Positions 47,098 through 57,256 of a stretch of DNA of 64,000 bases are shown here, one piece after another (the first letter of the stretch is position 1; the number at the start of each line of letters is the position of its first letter). Where the stretch lies: IMG/VR virus record IMGVR_UViG_3300044997_000693, positions 7,242 to 71,241 of that record; one strand, written 5' to 3'. The DNA comes from a virus. The notes below the pieces were generated by a model. That model was not told the DNA's origin. It worked only from the letters and a program-made list of their open reading frames with translations, and did not search any database. The translations under genes were made by a program, and so were the position numbers.

Positions 47098-47844
47098 ATG
47101 GCATTTATGAAACATGTAGGAAAACACGGAGACCGCAAGGTTTGTATTTTATTTCGACAGGTACCTGGCGAGGATCACATGTGCCTGTGCATTTATCCTG
47201 AAGTGTTGCCGGCGCACTGGCAAGATAGCATTCAACGTGCCTTGGAAAGTGAAGTGGCACAGCAAAGTGAAGAACTTGCCGATGCACTGCATCGTAGTTT
47301 TTTACCCGACGGTCGCCCTGCGTTGGAAACCCTGCACCAGGAGCGTATGATTAAAAAGCTACGCACTAGCGATGTTATTGTGACTCCGACCAACGAAGCT
47401 AAAATTCGCTTGGATGAGCTCAACAAGATGTTGAACGAAATGAAACAAGGCGAGGCTGCCATCAAGAAGATGGCCGAAAACGATGCCAGTCGTGGCCTGG
47501 TTGCGCCCGAAGTCAAGCGCAGAGCCGAAGCCGAATACAAAGCTGGCCAATCTGCCAAAAGTGATCCGGCCTATGTTATGCCGCCTGCCCTCAAGGCCGG
47601 ACAAGATCGCCCACTGAGTGATCGCGACATTGCGGCCAACATGTTGGAACAGGCCAAGGCCATGGAACAAAATGCTCGTGCCATGATCGCCGAAGCTGCT
47701 CGTATGAAAAAGGATGCAGAACGCATGGATCCCACTGTCACTGCCAGAGTCTCTGCTCCGGCAACTGAATCTTTTGAGTCACCCAAACGCCGAACTCGTG
47801 GTCCCAACAAACCAAAGGCTGTGACAGCAGATGCAGCACAATAA
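47098..47844 (+). CDS. hypothetical phage protein
   Basis: AAGGAG SD; coiled-coil C-terminus. Confidence 0.8.
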   Translation: MAFMKHVGKHGDRKVCILFRQVPGEDHMCLCIYPEVLPAHWQDSIQRALESEVAQQSEELADALHRSFLPDGRPALETLHQERMIKKLRTSDVIVTPTNEAKIRLDELNKMLNEMKQGEAAIKKMAENDASRGLVAPEVKRRAEAEYKAGQSAKSDPAYVMPPALKAGQDRPLSDRDIAANMLEQAKAMEQNARAMIAEAARMKKDAERMDPTVTARVSAPATESFESPKRRTRGPNKPKAVTADAAQ

Positions 47845-48136
47845 TGATGATTTTATAAGCCAATGGGAACTGATTCTTGCTGATGTAAACAAAACTGATG
47901 TGCCACTGGAGTGCATTAAAAAAGTACTGATCAAGCTGAACGGCGGCAAGCAGAAAACCATCAACATTCATACACTGCTTCGACAAGGTCTGGATTGGGA
48001 AGAAATTGAAAGCATGCTGACTCGCTACTTCAGTGAAAATGACAGCCAAATCCGAGATGTAGATTTTGTAGTGGATGTCGCAGCAGTGGCCAATCTTGTT
48101 CAACCCGAAACGGACAAACTACTTGGAAAACTCTAA
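47831..48136 (+). CDS. hypothetical protein
   Basis: 101 aa. Confidence 0.7.
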   Translation: MQHNNDDFISQWELILADVNKTDVPLECIKKVLIKLNGGKQKTINIHTLLRQGLDWEEIESMLTRYFSENDSQIRDVDFVVDVAAVANLVQPETDKLLGKL

Positions 48137-49148
48137 TCAATTTTTTGCTGCTGGTGAACAAGCGTTGGGTGCCTGTAGTTCCCAGCATTGTGATAAAACT
48201 TGGGCTAAACTGTATGCCCGAGCGGTGGGCCAGGATCGAATCTTTGACAAAACCAAATGGAATTGGCCAATCAATGCCGAAACTGTCATGAGCGAATTGA
48301 AGAAAGGACCATTGGTTGTGTTGATGGCACAAGATCCTTTTAACAATCATGAACAGGACACAGTTGAACAACTGTCAAAAATAACTGATGATTTTGTTGT
48401 GTTGAGTGGCAATGCTAGATATTTTTTGCAACCAACCCGGCATATCTGTTATTTTCCTTACTGGTATCTCTGCCAAAAAAACCTACACCGTCCTGTGTTG
48501 GCCGACGATCATCCTAGACGATTTGCTATATCTTCATTGAATGGCAAGTCCAAATATCATCGCATAGAAAATTATATAAAACTGCGACAACGGCCCTACT
48601 TTGATCAATTGTTGTTTTCCATGAACAACAATTTTGATTTGGCAGAATGCCGATTGGAGACACAAATTGAATTTTGGAACGATCAGATCGTCGAACAGTT
48701 TCAATCATTGCTGTCGACCCAAGAATTAAATCAAGGTCACTATCAAGATCATTCAATTAACCACCCGGCCTATAGCAACAGCTATGTCAATTATGTAACT
48801 GAAACATCTATAAGAACCAAAGAGATTTTTTGCAGTGAAAAAACTTGGAAACCTTTCATGTCGGGACAGTTTGGTATTTGGTTGTCAAATCCGGGTCATG
48901 TAGAATTTTTAAGGTTTACAGGTCTAGATGTGTTTGATGATGTTTTTGATAATCATCATTATGATGTCGAAAGCAACTTAAATCAACGAATCGATCTAAT
49001 TCATGCCACAATTGACCACATCATGTCTATTGACCTTGACAAGGTATATCAGGCCACATTGTCCAGAAGACAGGCCAACATAGATCGATTTTACAGCGAC
49101 ATGTTTGAAGCTGTATTGACCAAGCAATGTGAAGATTATCAATTATGA
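48075..49148 (+). CDS. glycosyltransferase-like protein (ET..EKT family); start uncertain
   Basis: YVTET..FCSEKTWKPF..G.DVFDD. Confidence 0.55.
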   Translation: MSQQWPILFNPKRTNYLENSNQFFAAGEQALGACSSQHCDKTWAKLYARAVGQDRIFDKTKWNWPINAETVMSELKKGPLVVLMAQDPFNNHEQDTVEQLSKITDDFVVLSGNARYFLQPTRHICYFPYWYLCQKNLHRPVLADDHPRRFAISSLNGKSKYHRIENYIKLRQRPYFDQLLFSMNNNFDLAECRLETQIEFWNDQIVEQFQSLLSTQELNQGHYQDHSINHPAYSNSYVNYVTETSIRTKEIFCSEKTWKPFMSGQFGIWLSNPGHVEFLRFTGLDVFDDVFDNHHYDVESNLNQRIDLIHATIDHIMSIDLDKVYQATLSRRQANIDRFYSDMFEAVLTKQCEDYQL

Positions 49149-49813
49149 AAGCGACCTTGATCTCGTCGAGTCAACCCAGCGCAGAGCTGGCAAGTCAGGG
49201 CATCAACACGGCCCAAGAATTAGTTGCTTACTGTGCCAGGGTCAGCAATCCGGCCAATCAAAACAACACAGACACCAGTGAAAAGCTGATCCGTTACCTT
49301 ATCAAACATGCTCATTGGAGTCCACTTGAAATGGTATCGGCCTGTCTAGAAATCGAAACCACACGTGATATAGCACGTCAGATCTTACGCCATCGTAGTT
49401 TCAGCTTCCAGGAATTCAGTCAACGATACGCTGTGGCCGACCTAGGTTTTGAATTCAAGGAAACCCGTTTACAAGACGTTAAGAATAGACAAAACAGCCT
49501 GGCCACAGATGATCCAGAATTAGATCGGTGGTGGCAAAGTCAGCAAGCATTTGTCAACACTCATGTCAATATGATCTATAACAAGGCCATTGAGTTAGGT
49601 ATTGCCAAAGAACAAGCCAGGGCTATCTTACCCGAAGGCATTACCATCAGCAGGCTGTATATGCAAGGCACACTACGCAGTTGGCTACACTATATCGAGT
49701 TGCGAACTGGTCCCGAAACACAAAAAGAACATAGACTGGTAGCACAGGCCTGTGCGGCTGCATTGGCGCCTATTTTCCCAATGGTTAGTGAATTTGTATC
49801 GCACAATGCATAA
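49145..49813 (+). CDS. thyX: flavin-dependent thymidylate synthase
   Basis: HWSPLE, QILRHRSFSFQEFSQRY, EQAR, TQKEHR. Confidence 0.95.
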   Translation: MKATLISSSQPSAELASQGINTAQELVAYCARVSNPANQNNTDTSEKLIRYLIKHAHWSPLEMVSACLEIETTRDIARQILRHRSFSFQEFSQRYAVADLGFEFKETRLQDVKNRQNSLATDDPELDRWWQSQQAFVNTHVNMIYNKAIELGIAKEQARAILPEGITISRLYMQGTLRSWLHYIELRTGPETQKEHRLVAQACAAALAPIFPMVSEFVSHNA

Positions 49814-51017
49814 ATTACCTGCAAATTTTTGCATTGCTCCGTTTACACAAGTGACCACACACCCCAGTGGAAGTTTTAGTCCGTGCCCGTATCTAGGAGG
49901 CACAGTATGGTCTACACAATATGCCACAATCCTTGAACGCTTTCAGGGACAAGATCTTGAACACTTGCGTTCGCAGTTCTTGTCAAACCAGCAGTCGCCG
50001 GTGTGTGAAAGGTGTTGGCACGAAGAACGCAACAATAAAAAAAGTTTAAGACTCAGACTTTACGATCCTGTGAACAAAACCAGCGATCATGCCATCATCA
50101 GCAACAGCTCAATTGTGCCAGACTTGACACACGGCCTGACAGACAAAAAATATCTTACAGACTTAAAAATTCTAACCATTAAAAATGGCAATATCTGTAA
50201 TGCCAAATGTAGGGTGTGTCATCCTGGCGACAGTAGCCGATGGGCCGCAGAGGATGCTGTAAAGTTAAAACAAATACTGGGTAAAGAAATATACAATATA
50301 AACTCTGTCGAACGTAATTGGACTGACCAACAGTGCGATGAAATATTTGAAATCAGTAAAACTCTAGCGAGACTGGAATTGTTTGGTGGCGAACCGTTGT
50401 TCAACAAAAAAGTTCTCAAGTTGTTAGATCGCATCATTGATGCCGGCCACAGTGACAAGATCAATTTGTATATAAATACAAACGGTAGCGTGAATTTAAT
50501 ACAGCAGGTACCACAAATCGCCAAATTTAAAGAAGTCGAAATTGGTGTCAGTATCGACGACATTGGCAAAAGATTCAACTATCAACGTCATGGACTTGAA
50601 TACGACCATGTTGTAGACAACATAAAGCAATGGCAACAACACTTTACCAATGCCAACACTCCCTTGTATATAGACAGTATAACCACTGTGAGCATCTACA
50701 ACGTGTGGTACTTGCCCGAAATCAAGGAGTCTGTAAAAAAGATTTTACCGCAACCACCTTTTTGGAATCTGTTGGTAAATCCTGATCATCTGTTTATTAA
50801 AAATTTACCCGATTATGTCAAACAACAGGTCGTTAAAAAACTCGGAGCGGATCCGGAATTCGAAGAGATTATAAACGTATTGTCACAGGCAAGAGATTCC
50901 GCTGCTTGGATAAAATTTATCCAAGTAAGAAATGCTCTGGACACTATCCGAAGTGAAAATTTTCAACAGATATTTCCAGAGTGGGCTGCAATGATTGATG
51001 CTGGTTCAAACGCATAA
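49806..51017 (+). CDS. radical SAM protein with N-terminal twitch/SPASM-like domain
   Basis: FCIAPF..PC, CERC, CNAKCRVC, GGEP, TNG. Confidence 0.88.
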   Translation: MHKLPANFCIAPFTQVTTHPSGSFSPCPYLGGTVWSTQYATILERFQGQDLEHLRSQFLSNQQSPVCERCWHEERNNKKSLRLRLYDPVNKTSDHAIISNSSIVPDLTHGLTDKKYLTDLKILTIKNGNICNAKCRVCHPGDSSRWAAEDAVKLKQILGKEIYNINSVERNWTDQQCDEIFEISKTLARLELFGGEPLFNKKVLKLLDRIIDAGHSDKINLYINTNGSVNLIQQVPQIAKFKEVEIGVSIDDIGKRFNYQRHGLEYDHVVDNIKQWQQHFTNANTPLYIDSITTVSIYNVWYLPEIKESVKKILPQPPFWNLLVNPDHLFIKNLPDYVKQQVVKKLGADPEFEEIINVLSQARDSAAWIKFIQVRNALDTIRSENFQQIFPEWAAMIDAGSNA

Positions 51018-51242
51018 CATTATATTAGAGAGAACCAACTCAAAAACTGACATTCGACGTAAATCATCTACAGAAGTGTCAGCAAAAAGAAGAGGCCGGC
51101 CATTGACAAGGAAATATAAACCCATTATAGTTAGTGATGTCTAATATCCTTCAATGCACTGTGCTGTAAACACTTTAGAAATAAAGTATTGAACAACTTT
51201 TTATGATAGAATAAATTGCAATACAATTGACATAACATACAT

Positions 51243-51719
51243 ATGAACATTTTCAATGAAGTAAAAAAACTTAAATCGGAAGGTAAGAGAATTGGGATTG
51301 TTTTTAGCGCATTTGACATGCTCCACGCAGGACATGTTGCCATGTTGAGTGAAGCCAAAAATCACTGTGACTACCTTATTTGCGGACTACAAACAGACCC
51401 CACTATTGACAGACCTAACACTAAAAATCGACCAATACAAAGTATTGTGGAGCGTCAGATACAGTTGGCCGCATGTCGTTACGTGGATGAAGTTGTGGTG
51501 TATCAAACCGAACAAGATCTCTGTGACTTGCTGTTGATCCTGCCCGTGGATGTTCGTATCCTGGGCATAGAGTACGAAGGCAAAAACTTTACAGGTTATA
51601 GTGAATGTCATGATCGCGGTATTGAAATTGTGTTCAACGGTAGAGATCATAGTTTCTCCAGTTCAAGCCTACGCAAACGTGTGGCACAGGCAGAAACAGA
51701 AAAAGGTATTGAAAAATGA
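51243..51719 (+). CDS. cytidylyltransferase (TagD-like)
   Basis: FDMLHAGH, ER, YVDEV, SSSSLR. Confidence 0.9.
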   Translation: MNIFNEVKKLKSEGKRIGIVFSAFDMLHAGHVAMLSEAKNHCDYLICGLQTDPTIDRPNTKNRPIQSIVERQIQLAACRYVDEVVVYQTEQDLCDLLLILPVDVRILGIEYEGKNFTGYSECHDRGIEIVFNGRDHSFSSSSLRKRVAQAETEKGIEK

Positions 51720-51994
51720 GCAAAGGATCTAAACCTCGTCCATTTTCAGTAAGTCAAACAGAGTTTGACAATCGCTGGGACACTATCTTTGGCAACAAAA
51801 AAGTTGCTGAATACACCTGTTATTGCTATAATTGCAACAAGGACAGACTGGATGAAAACAGTCAGATACCTTATGTAATGACTAGAATGATTGTGTGTCC
51901 TACCTGTGGTAACAAGCGTTGCCCACACTCAACTGATCATAGATATGAATGTACCAGTTCCAACGAACCGGGACAACCCGGATCAAGATACTAA
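51716..51994 (+). CDS. small Cys-rich protein
   Basis: CYCYNC..CPTCGNKRCPH. Confidence 0.7.
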   Translation: MSKGSKPRPFSVSQTEFDNRWDTIFGNKKVAEYTCYCYNCNKDRLDENSQIPYVMTRMIVCPTCGNKRCPHSTDHRYECTSSNEPGQPGSRY

Positions 51995-52004
51995 CGCCGT
52001 GGTC

Positions 52005-52364
52005 ATGAGCAACATGTTTGATGCTATAAATCAAATGCATCCTAGATATCGTTCGGCTGACGCTGACAAATTATTCAAACCTACTGAGTATAAGGTCATT
52101 GATAACAAAGTCTTCAAATTGTCAGATGTAGTGGTACATACCTTTGCAATGGGCGATGCAGAAGATCCAGACTTGTATGCAGCACGACTTATGCTGGATT
52201 GGCAAAACAGCGAAGCCGGTGCTTGGGTAATGGAAAATGCTTTAGAACAACCATTCTGGCATCGACATGTAGATCCAATCATCTTTGGCTACAGATATTA
52301 TATTGTTGCTCGCCTCAGAGATCAAGATCAAACTTATTGGGCATTAAAATGGCAAAAATCTTAG
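52005..52364 (+). CDS. hypothetical phage protein
   Basis: F.MGDAEDPDLYAA..WQ.SE.G.WVM. Confidence 0.7.
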   Translation: MSNMFDAINQMHPRYRSADADKLFKPTEYKVIDNKVFKLSDVVVHTFAMGDAEDPDLYAARLMLDWQNSEAGAWVMENALEQPFWHRHVDPIIFGYRYYIVARLRDQDQTYWALKWQKS

Positions 52365-53317
52365 TAACAGGCGGCTTGGGATTTATCGGGCACAACATTG
52401 TTCAACGGCTGGAGCAGCAAGGACATGAAGTTGCCGTAACAGATATTCAAACCACTTATGGCCTAATACCGCAGGCAGAACTGACTTATTTGGCGGTCGA
52501 GCGTCGTAAAAAAATCACAACAGATCGCGTGTATGCCATCGACATTGTCGATCGTGATGGTATTGACTGGCTGATGCAAATATTTAAACCAGATACCGTG
52601 TTGCATTTGGCCAGTTTTCCTCGTCAAAAAGTAGTCAATGCCAATCCGCAGGTGGGCAGTAGAACCATGAGTGAAGGCCTGCTTAACCTGCTGGAAGCAG
52701 CAAAAAATCATCAAGTGTGCCGCTTTGTCTACATCAGTAGCAGCATGGTCTATGGCAATTTTGACAACAATGTGGTCGAGAACGCACCGTGCAACCCGCA
52801 AGGACAGTATGGTATTATGAAACTGGCCGGTGAATGGTTGGTCAAAGACTATGCACGCCAAATTGGCATGAGTTATGTGATTGTTCGCCCCAGTGCAGTT
52901 TACGGACCGCTGGATGCAGAAGATCGTGTGGTCAGCAAATTTATTTTAACTGCCATGCGCGGTGGCGTCATCAAGGTAAACGGTGCCGACGAAGCCCTGG
53001 ACTTTACCTATGTTGATGATGCTGCTGATGGCATTGTGGCCGCTGCTGTGAGTGATCATTTTAATAAAACATACAATATCACACGAGGTCAATCAAAGAC
53101 CTTGCTGGAAGCTGCTGAATTGGCTGTGGCCATCGTGGGGTCGGGCAGCATAGAAGTTCGCGACAAGGACGTCAACTTCCCCAGTCGCGGAGCATTAAAT
53201 ATCAATGCAGCACAACAGGACTTGAGATTTGATCCTCAAGTTGACATAAAAGAAGGGTTTCAACGATACTATGCCTGGATTAACAATTCCCTTTACTGGG
53301 CTCCAAAAACAATATAA
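52349..53317 (+). CDS. NAD-dependent epimerase/dehydratase
   Basis: TGGLGFIG, SSSMVYG, YGIMK, DFTYVDD. Confidence 0.9.
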   Translation: MAKILVTGGLGFIGHNIVQRLEQQGHEVAVTDIQTTYGLIPQAELTYLAVERRKKITTDRVYAIDIVDRDGIDWLMQIFKPDTVLHLASFPRQKVVNANPQVGSRTMSEGLLNLLEAAKNHQVCRFVYISSSMVYGNFDNNVVENAPCNPQGQYGIMKLAGEWLVKDYARQIGMSYVIVRPSAVYGPLDAEDRVVSKFILTAMRGGVIKVNGADEALDFTYVDDAADGIVAAAVSDHFNKTYNITRGQSKTLLEAAELAVAIVGSGSIEVRDKDVNFPSRGALNINAAQQDLRFDPQVDIKEGFQRYYAWINNSLYWAPKTI

Positions 53318-54389
53318 CACCCTGCGCACAGAGATCTTAGATGCGACCGACACAGTTCTTCGATCTGGGCAACTGATGCAGGGCAACTATACTGCTGAGT
53401 TTGAAAACTGGTTGTCCAAACGTAATCACAGCAAATATGCTGTAACCTGTCATTCGGGCACTCAGGCCCTGGAAATAATTGCTGAATTCCATCGCACTCA
53501 CTCTGCACTGCCTAATCCGCCCAGAGTGGTTGTTCCGGCAATGACCTATGTGGCCACTGCCAATGCATTTATCCGTGCTGGTTGGGAGATATACATCGCC
53601 GATACTGACAGTCACGGCCTGTTGGATATACAAAAGATACCACCGGACCTGAGTGTGCAGGCCATTGTGCTGGTCGGGCTGTATGGCGCAGCAGTTGATG
53701 CGGATCGTTTTTGGGCCACAGATTTAATAATCGAAGATGGTGCTCAGCATTGGTTAGGCAACGGTTCAACTCGTGTGGGCTCGGCCACTGCGTTGAGTTT
53801 TGATCCAATGAAGAACTTGAATGCCTACGGCAACGGTGGTGCCGTAGTGACCAACGATCACAATCTGGCGTGGTTTGCCCAAGAGTGGATCAACAACGGC
53901 AAGCCCAAACATTCAGGCATCGGAACCAATAGTAGAATGAGTGAAATAGAAACAGCCCAACTGTTGGTCAAGACACGTTATATAGATGCATGGCAACTGC
54001 GCCGTAAGAATATTGTGTCATATTGGTTAGAGCGTTTGAAAAAATCCGGTATTAGAACCTTGATTGACAGCAGCAACTTTGAAACACATTGTTATCATAA
54101 GTTTGTGATTGATGTAGACAATCGAGATGTACTGGCCAGTGATTTAACCATCAGAGGCATTGAGACACGAATCCACTATCGAGCGCCACTGCACGAATTA
54201 CCTGCCTACATCGGCTGCACTGTACCCGACCTACTAAGTGCAGCATCGGCTCTGGCACGTAGAGTGCTATCTCTTCCGCTATACCCCGAACTTACCGACT
54301 TGGAAGTCGAGTACGTCATTGATTCGTTGTTAGATTGTGCTTCAACAAAGCATAACTGGCCAACCAAGCCCAATCGTAGCTCTTTTTGA
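53271..54389 (+). CDS. DegT/DnrJ/EryC1/StrS aminotransferase
   Basis: SGTQAL, EDGAQ, SFDPMKNLNAYGNGG, NSRM. Confidence 0.92.
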   Translation: MPGLTIPFTGLQKQYNTLRTEILDATDTVLRSGQLMQGNYTAEFENWLSKRNHSKYAVTCHSGTQALEIIAEFHRTHSALPNPPRVVVPAMTYVATANAFIRAGWEIYIADTDSHGLLDIQKIPPDLSVQAIVLVGLYGAAVDADRFWATDLIIEDGAQHWLGNGSTRVGSATALSFDPMKNLNAYGNGGAVVTNDHNLAWFAQEWINNGKPKHSGIGTNSRMSEIETAQLLVKTRYIDAWQLRRKNIVSYWLERLKKSGIRTLIDSSNFETHCYHKFVIDVDNRDVLASDLTIRGIETRIHYRAPLHELPAYIGCTVPDLLSAASALARRVLSLPLYPELTDLEVEYVIDSLLDCASTKHNWPTKPNRSSF

Positions 54390-56121
54390 GTTCGGCAAAA
54401 TCTCCACTCACTGCATCATAGTACTCAATAGCATCTTGAGCGCCTATGCTGCTCCACTGAGCGTTGGTGCCGACACCGTTGACACACCAACGATTGAGCC
54501 GATATTCATTTTCTACATCAGGCAAACTTGCTCGCAGCTTGATGCATTCACGAAAGGCTGTGCGCCAAGCGGACCAGGCCGTTTCGTTATAATGTGCAAT
54601 GCCACTGACCACCGGAACAACTTCGTGCGCTTGGTCCAGGGTGAAATCCAAACCCGGCGCAGCATTGTTCAACACCAGATACTTGTTGTAGGCAATCATT
54701 GCTTGGTGCCCGTACTCCAGCCCATTGACTGGGTTTCGAGCATGAAAGATGTAATGTTTAGGTTGTTGTAGTCGATCAGGTTGCCACGACCAATCAAAGT
54801 TCTTGTCCACATGCAACTTGGCAAACACAGCAAAGAACCAAGGAGTTTGACTTAGTTCAGCGGCTGCACAATAAGCAGCCACACGCCCAGTAACTCCCGA
54901 ACTGCGATGCAGTCGATTTGATAAATTGTAAGTGACCGTGTTGAGATGCGTAAAATTGGCATCGGCATTGGGTTCGCCGTTGTCAATAAACACAATGTCC
55001 AATGGTTGATCAACAGACACATGCCGCTGTGTGCGATCAATGTAGGGATAATCATATATTTGCTGTTTTATGTAGGGCACCGCAGATTTTGGCACAATGA
55101 CACGACTGGCACCGGTACTCAATGGCACAACAGTCTTGGTTTTTTCTCGCCATAACGGAACTGTGGGTACTTCTACCATTGTGTTGTCTGTGCTGAATAC
55201 GGCCAGCGGACCGGCCCAATCTAGAGTTTTAACTGCTTCCACATGAGTGTCCAATGTGTGCTGTATAACCGGCAAGGGTCTACGCGGAACCCCGGGTCCT
55301 ACAAAGTTAATATCATACCAATCCAGCAATTCAAACTGTCCTATGCGTTTTCTAAAGCTGGGCACATGCATGTAGAAAGTATCGCCAAACTTTTCACCCG
55401 AGCTGGCAAATACATGCAACATGGTATTTTGCCACAGCTCTGGATGCCAGCTAAAATCAAATGCAGTGTAGTCGCAACAACTGCTGATGATCCAAATATA
55501 TTCAGATTCAGAAGTATTGGCAATTCTGGTCAATATGTCCTTGTAGTTGTCAAAGTACCGGACCGTGGCAACAACCCCTGCTACCAGTCCAGCATGACCA
55601 TCCATGTGATTAATTTCAACTATGGGAGTGGTCCCTGACTTGACACTACCTCTAACCTGATCGCAAAACTTTAAATCCGTGGCACCTGGGCTAATGTACT
55701 GTGGTCCACCTGTGCGTTGATGTTGTGTACCAAACTGATATATGTATCCTGGCTCTGTGGGGTCCGGATGCCAGGACCAATCAAAACTATTGGTATCAAA
55801 ATTGTCTGGCACTTTCCAGGAATACAAATCTGGCAGTCGCTTTAATGTCAAGTCTTTTCTATAGTTGGTGTCGGTGTAACCAAGGGCAGGCACTAGATAC
55901 GTTCCGGCATCCTTTTGCCATTGGCTGGGCCATGCGTGACGTTGATGGCTTTCCCAGGGCACAGGTTCATATAAAAAATCAAAGTCTTGATAGTCAGTTA
56001 AATAGTTGATCCACCAGAAGTATCTAGTCCGACTCAGCTTCATGGCATGATCAATTGTATCAGCCTGTTGCTCGTGGGCAAATTGATTGGGTTTGGTTCC
56101 AGAATAAAATACGTCAAACAT
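54316..56121 (-). CDS. repeat protein with C-terminal GT-A-like domain
   Basis: four FD(F/W)x(W/Y)xP repeats; NPVNGLEYG, AWRTAFRE. Confidence 0.7.
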   Translation of the reverse strand: MFDVFYSGTKPNQFAHEQQADTIDHAMKLSRTRYFWWINYLTDYQDFDFLYEPVPWESHQRHAWPSQWQKDAGTYLVPALGYTDTNYRKDLTLKRLPDLYSWKVPDNFDTNSFDWSWHPDPTEPGYIYQFGTQHQRTGGPQYISPGATDLKFCDQVRGSVKSGTTPIVEINHMDGHAGLVAGVVATVRYFDNYKDILTRIANTSESEYIWIISSCCDYTAFDFSWHPELWQNTMLHVFASSGEKFGDTFYMHVPSFRKRIGQFELLDWYDINFVGPGVPRRPLPVIQHTLDTHVEAVKTLDWAGPLAVFSTDNTMVEVPTVPLWREKTKTVVPLSTGASRVIVPKSAVPYIKQQIYDYPYIDRTQRHVSVDQPLDIVFIDNGEPNADANFTHLNTVTYNLSNRLHRSSGVTGRVAAYCAAAELSQTPWFFAVFAKLHVDKNFDWSWQPDRLQQPKHYIFHARNPVNGLEYGHQAMIAYNKYLVLNNAAPGLDFTLDQAHEVVPVVSGIAHYNETAWSAWRTAFRECIKLRASLPDVENEYRLNRWCVNGVGTNAQWSSIGAQDAIEYYDAVSGDFAELKKSYDWAWLASYALLKHNLTTNQ

Positions 56122-57256
56122 GATTAGAATAGATGAGATTTACAACCATACGTTTTGGCCATGGTTTAGAGACAATAGACCCGGAACTAGATTGTTTTTT
56201 TGCGATCCTCCGGGCAATACCGATCCAGATGTGTTATTTAACTTGGGCACAGACAGCATAGTAGAAAACGATTATGTGTTTATGCACGATCAAGAACCTG
56301 TGCATTTAGATGTGTTTGAACCATTGTTTAGAGAAGTTAAAATACGAAATCTCGACATAGGGTGGCATTGTGAAGGCGTTGACCGTGTACAGGGTTTTCC
56401 AAATCCGCCGGGACATGTTGTAGTGAGCGAGCGAGGTTTTTACCTAGAACAACTTTGCCAACAGTATGGATGGACTCCGCACTATTATTTTTATCACGGT
56501 TGGGCTTGTTTAGATTGGTTTCGTGGGTATGACAAGACATTTTTAATTCCCAGAGCTCGAGAGCGAACACCTGCACACACATTTATGAGTCCAAATCGAA
56601 TTGTAGGCGGCAAGCGTGATCACAGAGTGTTGTTCTTATACCATGTGTTCAAACATGGTTTGGAAAAAAATTATATTTCGGCGCCAAGAATATGCCCTTA
56701 CGAAGGAGTGGATATTTCCAAAATTGCACTCAAGTATAGTAGCATATATTCTGACATCGAGCAAGTGCTTCGGGATGCTGAATTGCCAAAACTGTTCGAA
56801 GGCGAAGAAACTCAGATCATGACTTCGTGTTGGCTAGGCAACTATGCAGAAGCACAGGACAGCTTGGTGTACGTGCCAACTGAAACTGTGTACTTTGGTC
56901 GCAGAACACACCTTACCGAAAAAACATTCAAGGCTATTGCACTGGAAATGCCGTTTGTATTGGTGGCACCTGCAGGCAGTTTGGCATACTTGCGCGAATA
57001 TGGCTTCAAGACATTCGAAAGTATATTTGACGAAAGCTATGATACCGAAACCGATGATGTGCGTAGAATAGAAAAAGTCACCAACTTATTAAAACACTTA
57101 AATAATTTATCTAGATTTGAAAGACAAAAAATACATCAAGCCTGCTTGCCCATAGTTGAGCACAACTACTACCATTTTTACTCCGGTGAGTTTGCCAATA
57201 TACTATGGGACGAATTGACGTCGATGTTGGCAGAATTTAAGAAAGAATCACAATGA
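56120..57256 (+). CDS. glycosyltransferase-like protein (ET..TEKT family)
   Basis: VPTET..LTEKTFK..PF..LREYGFKTF..FDESYD. Confidence 0.6.
   Translation: MIRIDEIYNHTFWPWFRDNRPGTRLFFCDPPGNTDPDVLFNLGTDSIVENDYVFMHDQEPVHLDVFEPLFREVKIRNLDIGWHCEGVDRVQGFPNPPGHVVVSERGFYLEQLCQQYGWTPHYYFYHGWACLDWFRGYDKTFLIPRARERTPAHTFMSPNRIVGGKRDHRVLFLYHVFKHGLEKNYISAPRICPYEGVDISKIALKYSSIYSDIEQVLRDAELPKLFEGEETQIMTSCWLGNYAEAQDSLVYVPTETVYFGRRTHLTEKTFKAIALEMPFVLVAPAGSLAYLREYGFKTFESIFDESYDTETDDVRRIEKVTNLLKHLNNLSRFERQKIHQACLPIVEHNYYHFYSGEFANILWDELTSMLAEFKKESQ

Noticed and set aside
51018-51240. Possible homing endonuclease remnant (basic ..SAKRRGRP.. stretch)
   Set aside because: Too short, with no start or catalytic motif.
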